Source: Lepidodermella squamata (taxonomy: Eukaryota > Animalia > Gastrotricha). From it: a stretch of 64,000 nt of DNA. Location: the NCBI GenBank assembly GCA_047495785.1, contig JBLDXI010000012.1:1054001-1118000 (forward strand), given 5' to 3'. Below are positions 23,581-37,600 of this stretch, piece by piece. Made by a program: the position numbers and the translations under genes. The notes beneath the pieces are model-generated. The model saw only the letters and a program-made list of their open reading frames with translations. It had not been told where the DNA came from and searched no databases. The stretch's first letter is position 1, and every line of letters starts with the position of its first letter.

Positions 23581-24485
23581 TTTACCATGTACCACCTCAC
23601 TTGATTGAGATGGTTGTTAACCGCCTATTGTAGAGACGAAGTTCCTAATTCGATAAAATATGAATAAGTACCACCTCACTTGATTGAGAGAACAATAGAA
23701 GTAAATCTTCCATGCTTGATTGCCAGAAGAAGGTTTCGGACGGCGTGGCATTTTTGGCATGCGGTAAAATCCGCTTAAGTGAACATTACTATTACCTTAT
23801 CAGGTTATCAGGTTTCCAGTCTTTCTATCCGTAGCTATGTCTTCTGAGGTGCTTGTGGCTACTTAACAGCGTGATGTCCCTGTCGATAATCATGTTTATA
23901 TTTACGATAGAATTTCATTTTTGCTAAACTAACATAAGATTTTCTTTATTCGTCAGCACTTATGAGCACTTTTGTTAAACTTTCATAGCTATTTTTTCTT
24001 GCGTCTTTCAAAAACTAAGGATGATGTAATTTTGCAATCTGCTTCTAGCTAGCCGGTTGAGCAAAACGGTATCGGAGCTGATTCTTACAGCCTATGGCCA
24101 ATATCGAGTTGAAAAGTGCACATTGTAAGTTGTTTTATTCCTGAAAAGTTATACAATAGATTTTTATCCGCTCACAATTGGGAAATTATTGATACGTCAT
24201 TGGAAATACTATTCCTCCATGTGGTACGCAATGATGGAGTCATATTGCATTTTTACAATGTCATATTGCAATTATGAATTTTACAAGTTACGCCTGGATA
24301 CTTATTAGACACTGCATAGGAAAACCGGCACTAGCATGTTTTTCAGTCAAATAAATTGGGTGTTGCTCAAAAATGTTTGCACGTCAGATGTCGCCTCGGC
24401 TACTTCGTGTCGATTTATCTGTGTCGTTTCTCCTATTATTTATTCATTGTGCCCATATAGATATTACGATTATTAATATTGAAAA

Positions 24486-25574
24486 ATGTTACACTTATCG
24501 CCATACCAAGAATCAGTTCAAATCGACGACAATTTTGATGTGTTTGCTGGCGCCGCGTCTGACAACGCGTACGGCGATGTTGATGATAGCGATGTCTGCA
24601 TCACATCGGCTGAGCTTATTAAGCGAATGAAGAAGGTTTTCAATGCCTGAGATTATTTCACCCGTCATTTCACCTGTTTTTCAGCTTTGGATCAACGAAA
24701 AATTGTGCCCAGATCTCCTGCCGTTCGACGATGCGATAGTTGACGCCGTTGTTGCTCAAATTAATTCAATGGAGCAAGCTCTGGAAGCGCGCATCGCTGC
24801 TGGCAAGGGGAAAAGCGCTTATGCAGATATTCCTTTATCACTGCATAGTTCAGAGGTAAATATAATATTGAAATGAGAGAAAGTAATAGCTGTTTCCGTC
24901 AATGCTACAGGTTGCTCGTATCAGGTTTATATTAACTGATTACCACAGAATTCGGATTAAAAAGGTGAGAATGCTGTAGCTTCAGGATTTTCTTGCTTTA
25001 AAGTATTCGGAACCTAGATTGAGCAATACCTTCATGCTGTTCTTGATCGTGACCAGCAGCAGAATTTCAATGATATGTCGTTACTATCGGAGGGCGAAAG
25101 AACGTTTGCTCTCAAGTAAGGCTAGGTGTAGGTCTCTCCGAACATTAAATACCCAACATTTATTCCAGGATGAAAGCGGCAACCGAATCTTACTTTCGCA
25201 GTGCTTTTCTGGAGTCCCTTCCAGCTACAATTCAAGATGTGCCTTTTAACAAGATTGGTTAGTCTATAATTCGAATTATGACTTCATTTAATGATCAACT
25301 AATTTCAGCGAAACGCCCTGACTTGGATTCCTATGTGTTTTTCCGGGTTGACAAGTCGGTATCTGCTGCGGATTTCAGCAATGCGATTTTGCAAAGTGGC
25401 GGCAACATGTCTGACATTGGGTTTGTGATTATATTAGTCTGATCATCATCGATTATTTATATGATTTGTTTCCGCAGCGATGGCTTGTCTTTATCCGAAG
25501 GTGATCAGCACGTCATGCTTTACCGCAACGTCGCACTGTTGCTCAAAGACGATGCTATCAGTCTGATGTCGTAA
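24486..25574 (+). CDS. GINS4: GINS complex subunit Sld5, multi-exon
   Basis: LWINEKLCPDLLP, EVARIRFILTDYHRIRIKKIEQY, LLSEGERTFA, PDLDSYVFFRV, GDQHVMLYRNV; GT-AG introns keep the frame. Confidence 0.9.
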
Positions 25575-25887
25575 CAATTTCGGATTTTGATCTCTTGATT
25601 TTCGCCCGTGCTTGATAACGCTTTCAGCCAATTAATTATGTGAACATTTAAATAAATTAAAGACAACTTCGTTTATTTAGCGAGTTTTTATAGCATCAAT
25701 ACGATGAAAGCAATAAATGTGCTGTTTACTAAGCAGAATAAAGTATGTAAGAAAAGCATGTCGCAACAAAATTTCGTAGTCATCACAAGCTTGGTTGGAG
25801 GATCTATTTCGTATGAGCGTATATTTCGACACTGCGCTCTTTAAAAATGACCAGCTCGCCTTTCGATTCAAAGTGCTTTTTCTAAAA

Positions 25888-26360
25888 GGGTGTTGCTATT
25901 GGCACATAATTATGTGCCTCTTATTGGCTATTGGCACATACATTATGTGCCCCTTAATGGCTATTGGCACATAACGCTAATTTCAATTTTCGATGTTTTA
26001 GAAAGTCACGCATCGAAATGTACCACGAGTATTGATATTAGGGTTTTCGTCAACGGGGAATCGAATGGCGATATCGAAATTGCAGTCATGGGCCCGCAAA
26101 TCGGGGTATCCGTCATCTAATGGGTAGCCCAAGTAGAGTATCTGAAGTCTATCGCATAGTTACGTGAAATCCGACGATTCCAGTGAATTCGCCGCCCCTA
26201 GATTGCTAATGCAAGGTTGAAATGCTGGTATCTGGGAATTAAACTCCCGAAAAAAGCAGTTAAATGAAAAATGTTATGTGCCAATAGCCATTAAGGGGCA
26301 CATAATGTATGTGCCAATAGCCAATAAGAGGCACATAATTATGTGCCAATAGCCACACCG
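25888..26360. mobile_element. MULE-type MITE (473 bp), ~88-bp TIRs built from GCTATTGGCACATA sub-repeats
   Basis: TIRs at 25888-25975 and 26273-26360; 9-bp TSD TTTCTAAAA at 25879-25887 and 26361-26369. Confidence 0.9.
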
Positions 26361-26443
26361 TTTCTAAAAAAACAAGGATTGCGAACATGCGTGAACATTA
26401 TTCAGGTCAGCACAAACCATCGAGCGCGTCAGGGGTGAGTTAC

Positions 26444-26950
26444 CCGCCAAAGAGCTCACAAAAGCTTGTAATGGGGTTTTCTCAGCTTCAGGTCTTCTTG
26501 AAGATGGAGTTGAAGGAGCAGGATCGGGTTTACTGAAAGTCACGGAGGTATTTTTGCGTCAAATATTATACATACAATATTACACAGAGAAACTTACAGC
26601 TCAAGTTGGAAATTCTTCTCATGAGGTGCCTGGTTTTCTGATTCCGTTGCTAGATCCATCTCATCGTCGCATTCATCAATATTACAGCGGTCAGGTAGCG
26701 GTGTTGGTTGTCGTTTGGGAGTTCTATGGCAACAAATGCGAATGAAGCATGGTGGACGAAAAGGAACTTGAATTTTTACCTGGCACTTTCCGTCGGGTTC
26801 TGCTCTTTGAACGGCGAATTTACCGCCCGCTCCAACCGGAGCATAGACGAGCGGTTATGCCGAGATATTTCATTAATGCGAGGGAATTGTGGACTGTAAG
26901 CCTCAACAGGTTTCACTGCATGGTTTTGATTAGTGGAAGTTTTCGGTGAC
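26444..26950 (-). CDS. Exons of an uncharacterised Pro/Ser/Glu-rich protein gene; both ends uncertain
   Basis: Three frame-compatible exons with GT-AG borders (…AVNSPFKEQNPTESAR/TPKRQPTPLP…/KPDPAPSTPSS…); no recognised domain. Confidence 0.45.
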
Positions 26951-28159
26951 GAAAAAGAATGTAGCATTGATGATAAAGCAAAGTATAATTGGAAATGAAT
27001 CTAAAGGATGAAATAGCAAAGAGAAGAATTGAAGAATAAAACTATCAGCTAATTATCCCACTGCCTAAGCCTTATTGTGGATGTGCGATGTGCGTTGGAA
27101 GTAAAGTCAAGCGCTAGTTACTGGTTGGTAGTTGGTCAGTGGTGATGAAAGAAAATGTACGATGTAGTAGTATCGGGTGCAGAATTCCGCGAATATAACA
27201 AAACATTATTTCACCAGGTTTACAATGTGATTAAAAAGCGCTCTTGTCTTGAGAAGCTGCGACACGGGATACTAAGGAAGATCAGTCAGCATTCAGCATG
27301 TAAAAGAATTTTGTGAAACGGTCATGTGTAATGTTTAACCTCTGAGAGGATAGTTCAACCAAGAAATTGAAAACGGCTGATTCGTAAGACACTTGCAGTA
27401 GAAAATGGAGTGATCTACATCAACCGCAACATGAAAATGAAAAATGAAGTTGATACACAGCCTGATGCCTGATTTTTGTTGTTGTTTCAGTCAAAAATAA
27501 GTAAAAACACATCGATTTGTACTCAGCGATCAGCATGGCAATTTCTGTCGTTCCATACGAACCGCATGCCATCAATATAGGTATTTAGATAGTATAACGT
27601 ATATGTCGTATTTAAATTTAAAGTTGATAATCATTTACGACATAATACGACATATACCACAGTATGTACCCACAGTTACCAGCCCCTGTCGCTAACATTC
27701 AGACCAAGCTTTTTGAAACGTTTTGAATTTACCGCTCATATTTTTAATTTGCTAGAACTAATTAAACAAAATATTTTTCCCCATCACTCAAAAATGTGCA
27801 AAATTTATTGTGAAAACCTAAATATCAAAATTTGGCGCTAATTTTTGCCTCAAGTCGGAGCAGAGCACGCGATGTTTTCTTGCCCTGTCAGTGTGAAGGG
27901 TGGGAATGCCTTGGGCCAGTCCGGTTTTTCGACGCATGATAAGCTGAACACTTGAGACATCACCTTGTAGCTGGTGCTGAGGCTGTAGAAGTGGGCCAAT
28001 TTAAGAATGGTCTGACTGACAGCTCTAATCTACCCTCTACCAGTAGAGACTGGGGCCGTATCTCAATCAAGGATATTGAATATTGAAGCAAATTGATGGA
28101 TTATTAATGTAATGTGCAGTACATAACCTTATATTTTTAATTTGAATTTAGCTTTGAGA

Positions 28160-31100
28160 ATGATCAAAGTTATTTCTAAGAAGCAGTATCGTAAGACGAA
28201 AAGGGGACAATGCTTATTTTTCTCTCGGAAATCTTACTTGCGGTCCGATATTCCATGCGGTGTAGCATTATGCAATTCATGTTGCTCACCTGCTGGCGAG
28301 CTTCCAGCAATCTTCTCCGCTGCTAATCCGCCTGTGAAATCATCTGCTATCAATGGCGATTACATTTTGATCCCGGATGTTGCAACAACCAACTTACAGG
28401 TAATCAACCTATTTCCTCTTTATTCCTTGATGTTGATATGTAGTCAATTTTCGTCAAATAGATAGATCTTTTGCGCGATGCCGCTATAACAAATGTTGTT
28501 CTGCTTCAATCTGTTTTGCAAGAAGTTGGCCGGAAAAATATGAAATCCCATGGTACCTTACGAGATTTGGCTCATGATGAGAACAAACACTTTTATGTTT
28601 TCTCCAATGAATTTCACTGGTAAGATTTTGATAAGACGCGAAGGGCTTTCTTACGTTGATCTTACGTTGGCTTCATTTAGCGAATGCTTTGATGAACCAG
28701 TCGATGGGGAATCTGTTTCTCAATACCAACAAAGGCTTGTTCTTAAAGCTGCGGAATGGTACGGTCAACACATTAAGAAAGCTAAAGGAAACAATTTCAA
28801 TGTCGTTTTGCTGACTGACGATGATAAACTGCGGGAAAAAGCATCAGCTACGAGTATAGTCACGATGTCTGTTGAGGAGTTCGTTGCTACTCTTCCGGAA
28901 GAGCTTTGCCTTATTGACAAAGTCGTAAAACTAGCAAACGTGGAAGCATTTTCTGATGCTAACTTCGCGCCTCATCTCTCATTGTCGGAGATTCAGAGTG
29001 GACTGAAATCTGGAAAGTTATTTGAAGGGACTTTTTTCCAGAGCCGATTCAACGGCACTGAGGGTACTGTTAGAGTGCACAGCACCGACCAGTCAGTTCT
29101 CATTCGGGGCATCAGAAATATTAATCGTGCCCTTCAGGACGACACCGTCGCGATCGAAATGCTCCCAAAAGAAGAGTGGGCAAAGGAATCTAATCTAGTC
29201 GCTCTATCTGAAGATCAGGAAGCCGCCGATGACGCTACTGTGCCGGATGAACCCCATCTTCTAGAAGAGGATGATGTCGAGCAAATCAAAAAGTTGAAAC
29301 CGGAAAGTCCGCAAAGAAAATCGGAGGAAGACGCACAGCCAACTGGCAAAATAGTTGGAATTATCCGCCGGAAATTCAGACAATATTGCGGAGTTCTTCA
29401 GCCATCTCAGCTACCCGGAGCTAATTTCCATCTATTCATCCCGGTCGAAAGAAGACTGCCCAAAATCCGTATTGAAACTCGCCAAGCTGACAGACTGGCT
29501 GGAAAACGAATTGTTGTCGCCATTGACCGTTGGCTTCCGACATCGCGCTATCCTACTGTGAGAAAATTCACTCGAACATCTCTTATTTAATAATATTTAT
29601 TTACAGGGCCATTTTGTCCGTTTGCTGGGCAATGCTGGGGATAAGAAAACCGAGAACGAGATGATTCTGCTCGAACGAGATGTGCCTCATGAGGGATTTT
29701 CTCAAGCTGTGTTGGAATGTCTTCCTAAGCTGCCGTGGCTTATAACGGAGAAAGACTTGCAAAATCGAGTTGATTTACGGAATTTAGATATCTGCTCCAT
29801 TGACCCTCCTGGCTGTACTGATATCGATGACGCTCTTCACTATCGCGAGTTGCCTAATGGAAATTGCGAGGTTAGCTAAGGGTAAATCTTTAAAATTCAT
29901 CTCAAGTTTGTGTCTAGGTTGGAGTCCATATTGCTGATGTATCTCATTTCATTCGACCGGGCACGGCGATTGACCGAGAAGCTGCTCATCGTGGCACGAC
30001 GGTATACCTAACAGACCAGCGCATTGACATGGTACCTGAATTGCTAAGCTCTAACCTTTGCTCTCTTCGCCAACAAGAAGACCGATTCGCGTTTTCAGCT
30101 GTTTGGGAACTGACAAAAAATGCGGATATTGTCAATACCAAGTTCCACAAATCAATTATCAAGTCAAAGGTTTGTCAATTAGTTGAATTTCGAGCTGAAG
30201 TTATAAAAATATATTCAGAATGCGTTTACTTATGGCGAAGCGCAAGCTCGAATTGACGATGCGAGCAAACAAGATTCTCTAACTTTGGGACTTCGAAAGT
30301 TATTGGCTTTGTCTAAAGTTTTGCGGAAGAAAAGAGGCGAAGCGGGTGCTTTGACGCTCGCCTCATCTGAAATTCGTTTCAATTTGGATTCGGAGACCCA
30401 CGATCCTGTGGGGGTTCAATCAAAGCAAATGCTGTAAGCTGATTTCTGAGATTAATTTTTATTTTCAAGCTGATTTTTTTTTATAGGGAAACGAACTCCC
30501 TGGTTGAGGAATTCATGCTTTTAGCGAATTGTTCCGTCGCTGACTTCATCTGGAAGCACTTTCCTGATTGTGCCGTGTTACGTCGTCATCCGATTCCGAA
30601 CACCGAGCAGTACACCGCTCTTCACGAAGCTGCTGCCTCGAAGGGTTTTCAGATAAAAACTGACGCCGGTCTGGATCTCGCGAAGTCTTTGGACGCCGCT
30701 GTTGTGCCTACTGCGCCATATTTCAATACAATGCTGCGAATGATCGCGACACGCTGCATGACCCAGGCCATTTATTTTGCCTCTGGAACATTGGCCTATG
30801 AACACTTCTTTCATTTTGGTCTTGCCGCCCCGATCTACACTCATTTCACATCGCCGATTCGTCGCTATCCGGATATTTTGGTCCACCGCCTATTAGCAGC
30901 TGCGATCGGAGTCGATACCACATATCCCGAGCTGTTGGATAAGCGGAAAATGCAGGATTGCTGCAATCACATGAATCATCGCCACCGCATGGCTCAATAC
31001 GCTTCCCGAGATTCAGTCGCCCTACACACTGTCATGTATTTCGCGAAGTCGCCTTGCGTTGAAAGCGGCTTCGTGCTCTTCGTCAAAGAAAACGCGCTTC

Positions 31101-31429
31101 AAATTCTGGTGCCGAAATATGGCTTAGAGGTCACCCTCGGTCTGAAAGACGCGAGCGGTAATAAGGTTTTCGAATTCGACAAAGAGAAGTGTTTACAACG
31201 CTCGAAAACGGGCGATGTCACGCTGAAAATGTTCGACGGTGTCAAAGTGTATTTAAGCGTGGCAACTGACGGCCCGCAGGCTGCGATGAGAAACCGCTTG
31301 ACTATCAAGCTTGTCGAGCCGAAAATTGAAGGATTTAGCGTTGAACCTCCACCGAACGTTGTTAAAAGCGAAAAGGGAGCAGCCGAGAAAGAAGCCGACG
31401 GGCCGTGCAAGCGCCCACGGAGAGCGTGA
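28160..31429 (+). CDS. DIS3: Exosome catalytic subunit Rrp44 (PIN + CSD + RNB + S1)
   Basis: [62 protein letters not shown]. Confidence 0.97.
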
Positions 31430-31663
31430 GAGTTCTGTTTTTGAGCTTTTCTAGAAATACGAATAAAATTGTCTTGGTCGAACTTCTTTCATGTTTTTCT
31501 GAAATTTTTTGAAAATACCATTGCAGCTGAAATTATTGTTCCTGAGTTGAGTGTTACGGTGGGTTTTAATTCTCTTGGTTTATCACTGCGCGGAAATTTC
31601 GCCTTGATTTTAGGTTAATTGCTTTGATTATTCTCGTATAGAGTTGAATTATTTTTGAGTGGA

Positions 31664-34600
31664 ATGTATGAAGCAAGTTCTGGAGAGCAGAGCAGCAAAT
31701 TTACTATCCCGCTACCTCTTCTGCCGCCTTTGGTCGAGCAGAAAATTGCCCAACTAGTTCAGAATGTTGTCTCGCGATCCAATTCCCTGGTCGGAAGTAA
31801 ATGTGTCCATGCTTTGAAGAAACAGAATAAAACGAAAAAGAGAAACGCTCAACTGAATGATCAACAATTCAGTGAAGAAGGTGAAGACGCGTTACTGTAT
31901 AACGGCAGCCTAGTAGCGACTGAATACCAATCGCTATGGCTGGCTAATCACTACCCTCAAATGCTGCGGCCCGCTAACCACTGGGACGACGAACGTCGCA
32001 CCTACGAAAAACTACTCGACATAGGCACAAATTTGTGCCGAGATAGGCAATACGAACACGCCTTGAGATGTTTCAATATGGTAATCTAAATTCTTCTTGT
32101 TCAAATTTTTCCTAATTTTGTTTTGAAGGCCGTTCCCCCAAACGCTGCAGACCATGCATATTTATACGCGTTGCGATCGCTGGTAAAACTCAGTTCGGAA
32201 ATGTACGAAGCCGCCGTGGTCGATGCCGCTACAGTTATGCTCATATTCCTGACGAACACAATGTGGCACCGGCTATTCCCTCATTTTCGCCTGGCTTTCA
32301 CTAATGCTCACCTCGTCGTGGCTGTCGCCTTTTCTCGGCTCGGCTACGTTGCTGCGGCGAAGGCGTGGGCCGATCGCTTTGTCTGCATGTCTGAATCGCT
32401 ACCTGGCCATGATGCCGAATCGATGCTAGCTGCGCTTCATCTCTCAAAGTTAGGCGACGAAGCTAGGCTGCTTCACAGCGCGAATATTTTGGAAATAGCC
32501 GATTTCGAAGCGATTCGGCAAATCAATGCCGAAGATCTGAAGTACCACGCCGAACGCGTTTTGCTTGGCGGTGAAACTCTGACTTCGGTTCAAGTTCTAT
32601 TTTCGATCGTTCATATCTCTCTAAATTACGGCTACTTTCTCACCGAGAGCATTCCATGTAAGTTGGTTTTTTTTTAATTTCCGTAGAAGCCTGACAGTTA
32701 CCAATACCACGCCAATTTTATGCCATTAGAGGCAAGATTAAATTTAGAGTCTTATTAAATACCTCCAAAATTAGTATTCCTAAATCAATAAAAGACATTC
32801 GATTTAGGAATTCTTTCAATGTTCGAAATAATTGAAATGTGGCTTATTTCGCTATCGGAAATAATCAGGTTTTATCAAGTTGCATGGCGGTATGACACAA
32901 TAATTTGTCGAGTCTTTATTCTAGTGATAACTATAAACTATTTAAGGTTCAACTTATATGTTTGTTGGATGAGCTTTCATTCGAATTTATCACACTGCTC
33001 ATACATCAACATTTGCTTGCGGTCCATTAGCCTTCAATTTTTGAAAAACCGGACTGAGAATAATGGCACCAGATGTTGACGAGATTATCAAAGAGCCGAA
33101 AGAGATCACGTACTGCTGGGTAAGATCATCGCCATTTAACACCAGCAGGATGAACATAACACCAAAACAAAGAATCGTAGCATTAGCAACTGCGGCTCTT
33201 GAGCTGCCGAATTCTGGCGATTTATTTGCCCAGTAAGATTCGCGCAAGTCGAATGCCAAGAATGCGCTAATTAAAAGCATCAATAAATGAGAAACCGGGA
33301 CAGCGATTCCTGCAAATGGCGTCTTGGATGAGCAAAAATTTGTATCAATTGATATGAATGCATCCGCGTCAGTATCATAGCGTAAGTTGGCTACTTTCGA
33401 AGCAACTGTGTACGGCTCAATAGCTAGCCAAATAACGATGCCAAAAAGGTTTAAAACCGAGAACAAACCGCAAATTGTGCAGATAAATTTATCCAGCCTT
33501 GCTTTTGAATGAATCTGAAATGAAGTAACTGGATCTTTAGACGTAGTATATCGCGATTTGACCGAAAATGTACGAGGAATTGCCGATATGCTCTCGCTTG
33601 TCCCTACAGGTAGTGATTTTTTGAGGGGCTTCGCTCTATTCCTGTATAAAATCATTCTTCCCAGAAGATAGCTAACTATTAAAGCCAGGCCGATTTGAGT
33701 ACAGACGTATCGAGCCACGCAGATTGCTGCATGGGTTGGGTTCAGGGCGTGGATTGTCCCTCCAGAATTAAGAAGGACGCATCCTAATATTAGCATGCAT
33801 TTACTGTATGGTAGAGTGTTTTTAATAGATTTAGCTTTGCGGCCGAGTAAAATCCGAATGGCTAGCCCACCAAAAATCAAGCTTATAGTTACGGATAACG
33901 CCGCAATTATGCCGAAAAACCAGTCTGGTATTTCTCGTTTTTTGTGAAAGATTGCGACTTTGTCTCTAGGAGGATGCCCATTCGAAGTCGCCCAAGTGAT
34001 GTTCCTTAGCGTTGTAATGTTATATCGCTCATATTTATATATTTCCTCGAGTAATTCGTTAGTTTTCATCACTATTAAATCGTGATTTTTCGAATCATTT
34101 ACCGACCACTGGCTTACAACTTGATACTCGAAGTCGCGTTCAAGTCGCTGGCTGTACTTAGCTCGCGGGTCGTGGAGAGCGCTGTAGACCACGAGTGGCG
34201 CTGTTTCATTAACGACTCGTGCTATGACATCGGGTTGCGTGCCATGTGACGCAAGGCTCATATTTCGTTGTCGTAGAGCTTTCTCCGAAAAATGTAGGGT
34301 TAATATAGCTTGTAGCATCGAATCATGGCAACTGTGGGCGAACCCGTAGTCCAAATCGCGCCGCTTGTTGGTCAATGCATCAAACCTTTCATCAAAGCCC
34401 TTCAAATCATAACCTAATGAGCCGATTATGTGATCGTTGAAACCTTCAATCGACCATGTTGCAGAACCTGTCCAAAATGAGATTCGTAGCTGTTCGATCA
34501 CCATTTTCCTTGTACATTCCGAATTTATGATAGCTGGCAGCGTTGTAGGGTCGAAAATCGCACTTCTTGTAAGAATGAACACATATTTTGACCCACTCAA

Positions 34601-37600
34601 ACCGTTTTTAAAACTTTGACATAAAAATCTGATCAAAGTTGGCTGCTGATTGACCTCGACGACTATAATCCGAGCGTCGCTCGATATTAGTGATTGGATC
34701 GCCGTATCCGTAAAATCCATAACTGAGTCGAACCAGGTTACTTTGATTCCTGCTAGAATAGCCTCTTGAACCAGGAGCCTTGCGATGTAGTAATCGAGTG
34801 AATTCACCGCATGCGTTATCACAGCTATTTCCTGCCATTTGCCAATTTTCTTGATGAACTGAATTCGAGCGTAGACGGCGAGTTCTCCCGGTGCTCGATT
34901 TCGGTACAAGTTTGGAAACGAATTCCTAGCAGCAGTCATCACCGGGGCTGCGCAACCGGCTGCGATAGAAATCATGTTGATGTGATGCAAAAATCGGCCA
35001 GTGCTTGTGCATCCGAATGTGATTAAATTGCCAACTGCAACCGGGGCCTGATAAGCTGTGTCATTTTCGGGGTTTTCAAATTTTCGAACAAAGTTGATGA
35101 GCTGCTTGGGTGACAGCATTCCAAGACCTTCGTCTTGAAAATCGGCCTCCAGTGTGTAATCTGGTAGTATGTCATCTCTCGAGTTGACTGCGTCGATCGC
35201 GACTTGCATAGCTGATCGGCACATGAAACCTGTTGATGGCTCGTTGCCGGTCATTAAATTGAAGGCCAGCAAAGTCAGTCGATGTTGTTTGGTAGCTGTA
35301 GCTAGAGCCGTTTCGATCGCCAAGATCAAAATGCTCACCAGCGTAAAAATTCGTGAATTCATACTTCTCGATTAATGAATTTATTTTAACGGTTAGCAGC
35401 CGGAATCGAAGCTTGAATGTGACTAGGTAAATATCACGTTTTTGCAGGCTATGATAAAAAATATTTGTGATGATATTCGCAATAAATTAGCGGGATAGAC
35501 TGAACTCGAGTCGCCTGACCAAAAAGGACATGTCTCAAAACGCACGCACCGCCCTCATAATTAATGAACCCTCATAATGACGTGGACGTTGTGTCGAGCG
35601 AGGGCTAGCTTTTACGCTAATTAGTTAGATGTTTGTCTAACCCACTTAAAGTATTCAGGTCGATAATTTGAAAAAACCTATTCTTTTGAATTTATGCGCT
35701 AATTAGTTCTCAAGCAGTGGGTGGAGAAAATTCTTAATATTCAAAGATGGTTTAGCGCTTAAATCTACTTCATTCCCAGTCAAGTCCCAGTCCCAGTGGG
35801 TTAGGGTTAGTTGTTACTTAGGGTTAGCCATAATTTTGGTCATTGGAGATGAATCGACCGGAGTTTCATCGACTTCTTAGCTAGGAAAAGCTGCCATCCC
35901 GCGATCTCAGTGGGAATGGGAATTTTTGTACTGAGACATAAAAACGAGGGGGATATGTACGATTTTCTGCCTTTTACGTGAATTTCAAGCTTGAAGAAAA
36001 CCGCACGGAATTCCCCTCTATCATGTTTCGTGATGCTAACTTTGCTCAAAACGATATCGTTTCTTCATTCTCCATTCTGTATTGCAGTTCGAGTTCGGAG
36101 AAAGCCTTAAAACAGTTGGTACCGTTTATTCAGCAATTTAAAAAAAAATTGAAAAAAATCAATAGTCAAGTTCCCATTTTTCGGTTATTCGGGTGATGAC
36201 TTCTGAGCACCTGCTCTCATTAGTCGCTCAGCAGTCAGAAAATGCCACCGCTTTCCTTTGTAATACCTGGTGAGAGCATCAGCCAGTATTTTTTGGTAGT
36301 GGGGTTTCCACTGTGTCCAAGGCTGAACCCTTGCTATCCAGATTCGGATTCACAGTGCGATTTCGTTACGCAGCTCAGCCAAAAATACACGAAATTGTTT
36401 ATGCCAGTGTAAAGTTTCTGGTCCGCCATAACACGGTAAAGTGATCGCACTCTTGGCGGAAATGGAACTAGTTCCAACTCTTGAACCTTCTTTGAAAATG
36501 AGCCAATCCGTTCGTATATGTCGATTAGTAGTTCGAGGCCGAGCACAAATTCTGAAGTTGTAATATTGCCGCTGGCTGACTTGCCTTCATCTTTTACGTT
36601 TTACGGAAGAGCTACAACAAAACCTTATAATCAACTATTTTCTATTCACATATTTGCAGATCGTGATGAAATTCTCATAAACAAATACCGCTTTCACATG
36701 GGCTTGCTGCAACTACCAATAATAGCCCGCATCCTCTCAATCAACACCGCCTTCGACCTCGCCGAACTCGACTGCCAATTTTTCTCAATCCTCCTCCGCT
36801 TCCTCCTCCTGCCCATGTGCTACTGCCTAAACCACAACGTGTGCGAAGAACTACTAACTGATGCTACCTTCGTCTCATTTCTATCAACAATCGCCGTTGA
36901 GCTGACAAACGACGATGCTGCCATTGTGCGATACAGGTCGGAGAGGCCGAGTTTCGCCCTCCTCGCCCCGGTTTTCAGCACTATCCTCTGGGCAGCGTGG
37001 CATCGAGCGCCGATGGGCAGGGGCCGTTTGCTATCCGGCGTTTCGCCGTTCAACGACATCGCCTGGCATACCGAGGTTCTACTCGAGGACCTAGGCTCGA
37101 ATGGACCGCCTAACGTCTGGCTGCGACTGCTCGAGTTCTTCGCAGTTTTCTACGAAACCTTCCAGGTAATGCCGGCTTTTAAGGCGGAGGTGCAGAAAAT
37201 GCCGGTCGAGAAGCTGGCGGCTGTTATCAACAAGCTGGCCTGGTTGTGGTCGGCCCTGTTTCAGTACTCGATCGGTGGCTGTGTCGCCGCGCGGGAGCCG
37301 ATAGCTGAATCGCTGGAGAAAGCTAGCAGTGATACTTCGCTGGTGTTTTGGTTGCTCATCGCGAAGGACGCCCACTTTTTGAACGCGATGGTCCGCAGTC
37401 ATTTTTGGGTGCACGTCGCTTCACATCTAGGTAATTTTTCCAAAAATATCCAAAATCCAAAATTCAAGTTAATTTTCTACGATTTTAAAATGTGAGCTTT
37501 CTTTTTCTCATTTTTTGGATTTATGGTTCTCTTTCCCCTAGGATGCTAAATTTAGCTAACCGTCACCCTCTTGTATGCAGAATCTTTACCATTGAGGCTC

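Noticed and set aside
35798-35827. TTAGGG-like telomeric motifs
   Set aside because: Only two or three interrupted units; not an array.
36200-36550. Minus-strand stretch (LYTGINNFVYFWLSCVTKSHCES) faintly like a hAT transposase C-terminus
   Set aside because: Too short and interrupted by stops; cannot be supported without a search.
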